IMG/VR virus record: IMGVR_UViG_3300023184_000062
Span: 36,747 to 100,746 of that record
DNA: 64,000 nt
From: a virus
Reading direction: 5' to 3' (one strand)
Below the pieces are notes generated by a model. It was not told the origin of the DNA, did not search any database, and worked only from the letters and a program-made list of their open reading frames with translations. Shown piece after piece: positions 60,075 to 64,000 of the stretch. Position numbers and translations under genes: made by a program. Position 1 is the stretch's first letter. Each line of letters starts with the position of its first letter.

Positions 60075-60576
60075 GTTCAGCGATCATATTACGCAATATT
60101 TCTTCAACCATCTTATTCAATGTGATATCACGCTTATGTGCTTCCATTGCTAATTTTAGCATAGTATCATTGTCTAAATCAATTGGCACTTGGATGCGAG
60201 TATCAAATGTAACACCATTAAACATACTAGATGCCTTTTCAATAAAATCTTCTTCTGTTTCTAAGTCAACCCACTTGATATCATCCCATGCTTGGTCAGC
60301 ATCAATACCACGATTGATTGCTTCTTGTTTATATGCTTCCTGATATTCTGGATTAATGTAACGATAGGGCTTTGGTTCAACATCCCAAGAACCAACCACT
60401 GGGCTAACACTCACTTCATACACCGTGTGTGTTTCAGTATCAAAGACTACATACCCACATGCGTATTTGCTAGTGTAGTCAATACTACGAACATTGTTTC
60501 CATAGCAATGCCAAAGATACTCACTACCGTCGGTGATTCTATGTTGAAAGATATTGTTTACTTGTTCAAGATTCAT
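60055..60576 (-). CDS. Hypothetical protein with a C-terminal HicB/RHH-like segment
   Basis: L...AH.RDITLN.MVE.IL; GGAG SD; promoter 60602-60630. Confidence 0.65.
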   Translation of the reverse strand: MNLEQVNNIFQHRITDGSEYLWHCYGNNVRSIDYTSKYACGYVVFDTETHTVYEVSVSPVVGSWDVEPKPYRYINPEYQEAYKQEAINRGIDADQAWDDIKWVDLETEEDFIEKASSMFNGVTFDTRIQVPIDLDNDTMLKLAMEAHKRDITLNKMVEEILRNMIAEHELNIA

Positions 60577-60646
60577 GTTATAGCTCCAGTTAATATGTGT
60601 TATTGTACACTAAGTTTAGTGTATAGTCAATTGAATTGGGTATCAT

Positions 60647-60952
60647 TCATAGTTTAAGCAATGCCCACATTGTTGTCTTTTCTAAATCATTTAGAAATTC
60701 TGGATAAACTTGTTTCAGTTCATAATCCATGAGTGTTTTATACCCTTTTTCTTTTTTTGATGTAACCAATTTATCTAGGTCCCATCCTTCACGATCCATT
60801 TTAGTTTGTAGTTTATGACCACGGCGTCCCCAAAAGATTAATACTTTAGGACGGGGGTTGGTTCTGTCTTCCATATAGATAGCACCCCAAACTTTGTCTG
60901 AACCGTCCTTATTTTTCCAACCAATAAATTTATAGTCAATCATACTTTTCAT
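60647..60952 (-). CDS. WGR-domain-like protein
   Basis: SDKVWG...FWGRRG...K.KKGY. Confidence 0.7.
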   Translation of the reverse strand: MKSMIDYKFIGWKNKDGSDKVWGAIYMEDRTNPRPKVLIFWGRRGHKLQTKMDREGWDLDKLVTSKKEKGYKTLMDYELKQVYPEFLNDLEKTTMWALLKL

Positions 60953-61218
60953 ACCTCTACCAGTTGATCGGGAATGTTTTCTGTATCACCGTCTTTAGCA
61001 AAAGTAAATCCTAAACCTAACATTATTTCAGTCTCTGCTTGTGAACAGTTACCACGAAAGATAAAAATCCTACGGGTCAGATTGTCGTTAGAATAATAAA
61101 TCCTGTAGGACACTCGGGGAACATTTAGTTTTTCTGAAAGTATAGCCAACGATATCTCATCGCCCCAATCTTCGGTGATAGATTCCCGTTGTTGTTCATA
61201 CATAAAATCTTTCATCAT
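60949..61218 (-). CDS. Hypothetical protein
   Basis: ATGA-coupled. Confidence 0.6.
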   Translation of the reverse strand: MMKDFMYEQQRESITEDWGDEISLAILSEKLNVPRVSYRIYYSNDNLTRRIFIFRGNCSQAETEIMLGLGFTFAKDGDTENIPDQLVEV

Positions 61219-61433
61219 TCTTCAACTCTATATTCTGCTTGAAGGTCATACAATGCTTTACGGACCTTTACTGCAACTGGTTTATACTTGTCAGGATGTA
61301 TAGGATGATAAGTGTATTCCATACCCGCCCATGTCTTGCTACCTGTCAATAATTTATCAACCTCTGCTAGAATTTGAAAGCGAGAATCCGCCCACATCTT
61401 GATTACATTATCAGGAACGATTGGTGTGTTCAT
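61215..61433 (-). CDS. Hypothetical protein ending in the shared ...VEE tail
   Basis: ATGA-coupled. Confidence 0.6.
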   Translation of the reverse strand: MNTPIVPDNVIKMWADSRFQILAEVDKLLTGSKTWAGMEYTYHPIHPDKYKPVAVKVRKALYDLQAEYRVEE

Positions 61434-61630
61434 TCTTCAACTCCAAAATGTTGTTTAATCAGGTCCGAACTAAGGAACGGTTCCGCAGTATCAGCAATCT
61501 CAGCACACTTGAGAACAATCAACTCGGCGAACTTATCTGCATTGAGTAATCTAATCTTGGTGTCTGGGTCTACTTTATTAGGCACCCATTCCATAGCCTG
61601 TTCTTTAAGTTCTTTGATTCTATCGTGCAT
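61430..61630 (-). CDS. 'M..RIK...KFAELIV...HFGVEE' paralog
   Basis: MHDRIKEL...KFAELIVLKCA...HFGVEE. Confidence 0.7.
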   Translation of the reverse strand: MHDRIKELKEQAMEWVPNKVDPDTKIRLLNADKFAELIVLKCAEIADTAEPFLSSDLIKQHFGVEE

Positions 61631-61856
61631 CTGGATCCTTCTCATAACAATCTAAACATACTGCATCATACCTTGGTCCCATACACGGACTGATAGAAAC
61701 ATTACAATACTTACAAAGTATAAACGCATGAGTAACTATACTACCTTTTGGTGGCGCATACAAGGGATAAAACCCTTCTTCACGCTCAGTATACCCAATT
61801 AGTTCTCGCTCACGGGGGTCCATTCCTCCATCTGAGATTAGGTCACTATAACTCAT
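61620..61856 (-). CDS. Small zinc-binding protein
   Basis: YSDLISDGGMDPR; CKYC...CLDC. Confidence 0.6.
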   Translation of the reverse strand: MSYSDLISDGGMDPRERELIGYTEREEGFYPLYAPPKGSIVTHAFILCKYCNVSISPCMGPRYDAVCLDCYEKDPDAR

Positions 61857-62074
61857 TCTTTAACTCCGAAATGTTCTTTAAGATGATTGCCTTCTTCAAT
61901 TGTCATATCAAATGCATCACGCAATTCACTAATACATTCCTTCACAATCAACACGGCGAACTTTTCGTTATACAAAACAAACCATTCAGGATCATATTTT
62001 ACAAAGGATCCTGGACGATTTTCGTCTGCGTATTTTCGTGCCTGTTCAACAAGTGCTTTAATTCGTTCGTTCAT
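61853..62074 (-). CDS. 'MNERIK...KFA.LIV...HFGV' paralog
   Basis: MNERIKAL...EKFAVLIVKECI...HFGVKE. Confidence 0.7.
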   Translation of the reverse strand: MNERIKALVEQARKYADENRPGSFVKYDPEWFVLYNEKFAVLIVKECISELRDAFDMTIEEGNHLKEHFGVKE

Positions 62075-62196
62075 TTTTTTTCTTCCTTCTTAGGCGCGGG
62101 CTGTGCAGGCTGTGCGTTCTTACGCTCACGCTTCAATTCCTTTGCTAGCCTATTAAACCCGCGCTTTTCTGATAATGGTTTCCATGCTTTAGTCAT
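62071..62196 (-). CDS. Small basic protein (41 aa; not in the ORF track)
   Basis: MTKAWKPLSEKRGFNRLAKELKRERKN; coupled on both sides. Confidence 0.55.
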   Translation of the reverse strand: MTKAWKPLSEKRGFNRLAKELKRERKNAQPAQPAPKKEEKK

Positions 62197-62402
62197 CACT
62201 TCTTTCCAATCTTAGAAACAACTTCTACCTTGCTTACTTGTAATTGATAAAGAAACCTACGATACACTCGCAATGCGGCAATACTCATTGGATCTTCTTT
62301 ACCTTCAAGTTCAGCAATCTTAGATTCTAATTCTTTTTCCTTGGCGCGGTGACGCTCAATGTCAGCATTGAGACCTTTTGCTTTATCCCAAAAGTATTTC
62401 AT
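62196..62402 (-). CDS. Hypothetical coiled-coil protein
   Basis: AAGGAG SD. Confidence 0.65.
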   Translation of the reverse strand: MKYFWDKAKGLNADIERHRAKEKELESKIAELEGKEDPMSIAALRVYRRFLYQLQVSKVEVVSKIGKK

Positions 62403-62412
62403 AATGTTCTCC

Positions 62413-62751
62413 TTACTTAATCCCGAATGTGTTCAATGCGGGACGCAATGTGTTAATCAATTCTGTTTCACGGGCATGAGCAGGGCGCTTGCCGCGAACA
62501 ACTTCAATAACACCGAATATAAAACGCTCGGCACCACGTTCACGCAATGCACAAGACAGACCCCAATCTTTACGCTCAGTCATGGCCCGTTGCATATGCT
62601 TTTGCATACGACGGCGTAGTGTGCGAAACACATTACCTTTGTATGACAGCGCAGTAAGACCAATATAGTATTCTTGTGTAACTACATCTTGTATGTAGTA
62701 TATCACTTGATTACGGTCTGTTCTACGCTTACGGGCGATTTTTGAGTTCAT
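62413..62751 (-). CDS. GIY-YIG nuclease domain protein; leaderless early
   Basis: VIY...YYIGLT...R...H...AH.RE..LI....P.LN. Confidence 0.8.
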   Translation of the reverse strand: MNSKIARKRRTDRNQVIYYIQDVVTQEYYIGLTALSYKGNVFRTLRRRMQKHMQRAMTERKDWGLSCALRERGAERFIFGVIEVVRGKRPAHARETELINTLRPALNTFGIK

Positions 62752-62757
62752 AAGTGT

Positions 62758-62786
62758 ATTATATACCCAAAACCATTTAATGTCAA
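62758..62786 (-). repeat. Early promoter repeat copy
   Basis: TTGACAttaaatggttttgggtaTATAAT, identical to 21708-21736. Confidence 0.9.
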
Positions 62787-63298
62787 CCGTGGGTTTCTAG
62801 CAAGGCCGAGACAAATTCCGGGGTGCTATCCCCGAGGTCCTTATCTGTTGTAAAAACGCAACAGTTTCCAAACACGGCCAACTTGCGGCCTGCATCGTCA
62901 TTGTCGCAAACTGTGACAACTTTCCGGTTAAGACAGGTTAACCAGTTTCCCAGGTCTTGATTAGGGTTGTTAGATAGCACGGCCAACGCACTAAATCCAC
63001 GCTCAGTCAACCGGGCCGCATCAAACACCCCCTCACACACAAAAACAACTGAGGGGCTTAAAAAGAGACTTTCCACGCCCCAGACAGTCTGGGTGGGCTG
63101 ATTTCGGTATGTGAAATACTTGCCCTGCTTGGGATTATTCTGTGGTTTTTTCTCGCCCAAGGGACGATATTGCTGATACCCGACTAATTGGCCGCTTAGA
63201 TTCCATAAATAGAATGTAGCAACACCTTCAACTTCATCAAGCACGGGCCTGTGAAGTTCCAAGTCTAAGTGACGAGATTTTAGGTGTTCTCTCAGCAT
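62783..63298 (-). CDS. Toprim-domain (primase-like) protein; leaderless early
   Basis: G.LVGYQ, CEGVFDA, CDNDDAG, KDLGD. Confidence 0.8.
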   Translation of the reverse strand: MLREHLKSRHLDLELHRPVLDEVEGVATFYLWNLSGQLVGYQQYRPLGEKKPQNNPKQGKYFTYRNQPTQTVWGVESLFLSPSVVFVCEGVFDAARLTERGFSALAVLSNNPNQDLGNWLTCLNRKVVTVCDNDDAGRKLAVFGNCCVFTTDKDLGDSTPEFVSALLETHG

Positions 63299-63304
63299 AC
63301 CTAC

Positions 63305-63333
63305 AGTATACACCCAAAACCATTTAATGTCAA
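63305..63333 (-). repeat. Early promoter repeat copy
   Basis: TTGACAttaaatggttttgggtgTATACT. Confidence 0.9.
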
Positions 63334-63800
63334 CCGTTATTTTCGGGGTTTTCTTTAGGGATTTCTGTCAGATACTCATAATTGGTAGTATCTATGTTCT
63401 CACGCAAAACGATAGCCCCGTTCTTTAGATGGAATCTACGGGCCATGTTTGTCTTAGGACTTAGTGTCACAAATCTAGTAACGCTAGGATATTGTGCTTG
63501 AATTCCTTTTACCGCTTGATAAAGCAAGTCTCTACCTTTGCCACTTTTGTAACTCCATATGGTATAAAATATGGCGGTAGTAGGAACACTTGAGGTTTTA
63601 CTTAACCCTTCAACATCTTCAGGAACAAAGTCATGGAAGCTAACACAAACCATTGCTTCTGGATTTTGTTCTTCGTCAGTTAATGCTGCGACAACTCTAC
63701 CGTCGCTAACTCTAAAATCTTTAGGAATTTCAGGGCGAACAGGGTCATCTTTTATAAAAGATAATAATGTGTGTGAAAGGTCTGTTATGAATTGAAACAT
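63330..63800 (-). CDS. GNAT-fold protein resembling the malonyl-CoA decarboxylase catalytic domain
   Basis: DDPVRP; TAIFYTIWS...G.G..L; FVTLSP; RFHLKNGA. Confidence 0.6.
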   Translation of the reverse strand: MFQFITDLSHTLLSFIKDDPVRPEIPKDFRVSDGRVVAALTDEEQNPEAMVCVSFHDFVPEDVEGLSKTSSVPTTAIFYTIWSYKSGKGRDLLYQAVKGIQAQYPSVTRFVTLSPKTNMARRFHLKNGAIVLRENIDTTNYEYLTEIPKENPENNG

Positions 63801-63848
63801 GATATTCTTATTTATACGTATATTATAATTATTAAATTAATCCAAAAA

Positions 63849-63871
63849 AATAGGATCCGAAGATCCTATTT
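63849..63871 (-). terminator. Rho-independent terminator
   Basis: AATAGGATC-TTCG-GATCCTATT followed by a T-run on the - strand (UUCG loop). Confidence 0.85.
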
Positions 63872-64000
63872 AGGCTAGCTTATCTATATTTTGTCCTGCC
63901 CTGAGCATCCGACGATTGGCTTCTATTCTGTGAAGTTCATTGTCCATGAGGCGCTCTTTAATATGACGGTCATTAGCTATCTTTTCCCTATGTCGGTCTT
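63870..64000 (-). CDS. 3' end of a gene entering from outside the window
   Basis: ...DRHIKERLMDNELHRIEANRRMLRAGQNIDKLA*. Confidence 0.55.
   Translation of the reverse strand, partial: DRHREKIANDRHIKERLMDNELHRIEANRRMLRAGQNIDKLA

Overview
A 64-kb, AT-rich, gene-dense fragment of a large lytic dsDNA tailed phage with T4-like transcription signals. The host is probably a Gram-negative betaproteobacterium (inferred from DUF3563-, ErpA- and PbpG-like genes). It uses the standard genetic code; I saw no tRNA, rRNA or CRISPR array. Genes run mostly on + up to about 53.7 kb and on - after that, converging at a bidirectional terminator. Contents: (i) early regions of small-gene cassettes, each headed by a copy of a conserved ~30-60 bp sigma70 promoter/leader/RBS repeat whose -35 box often supplies the upstream gene's stop codon; (ii) host-like proteostasis, translation and redox genes (clpX, clpP, clpS, hsp20 with a ROSE-type thermometer, rpsU, infA, sod, erpA/iscA, an ArfA-like peptide); (iii) DNA and nucleotide enzymes (ATP-dependent ligase, dCMP deaminase, NT5C nucleotidase, MazG-like, SF2 helicase-HNH, Toprim, GIY-YIG, an R-M-like pair, a DfrB/R67-like protein); (iv) late virion genes (tail-fibre/adhesin proteins, LamG, papain-like protease, glycosyltransferase cluster) under TAAATA promoters, often leaderless or with RBS-occluding hairpins. 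The most notable candidate system is a set of proteins with N-termini resembling the T4 capsid-targeting sequence. One is a 730-aa GNAT-ParB-GNAT-ParB-kinase protein with a hydrophobic-X-Glu prohead-protease-like site at each of its four domain junctions, suggesting a head-packaged, proteolytically resolved effector polyprotein. All assignments come from motif recognition by eye; no database searches were run.
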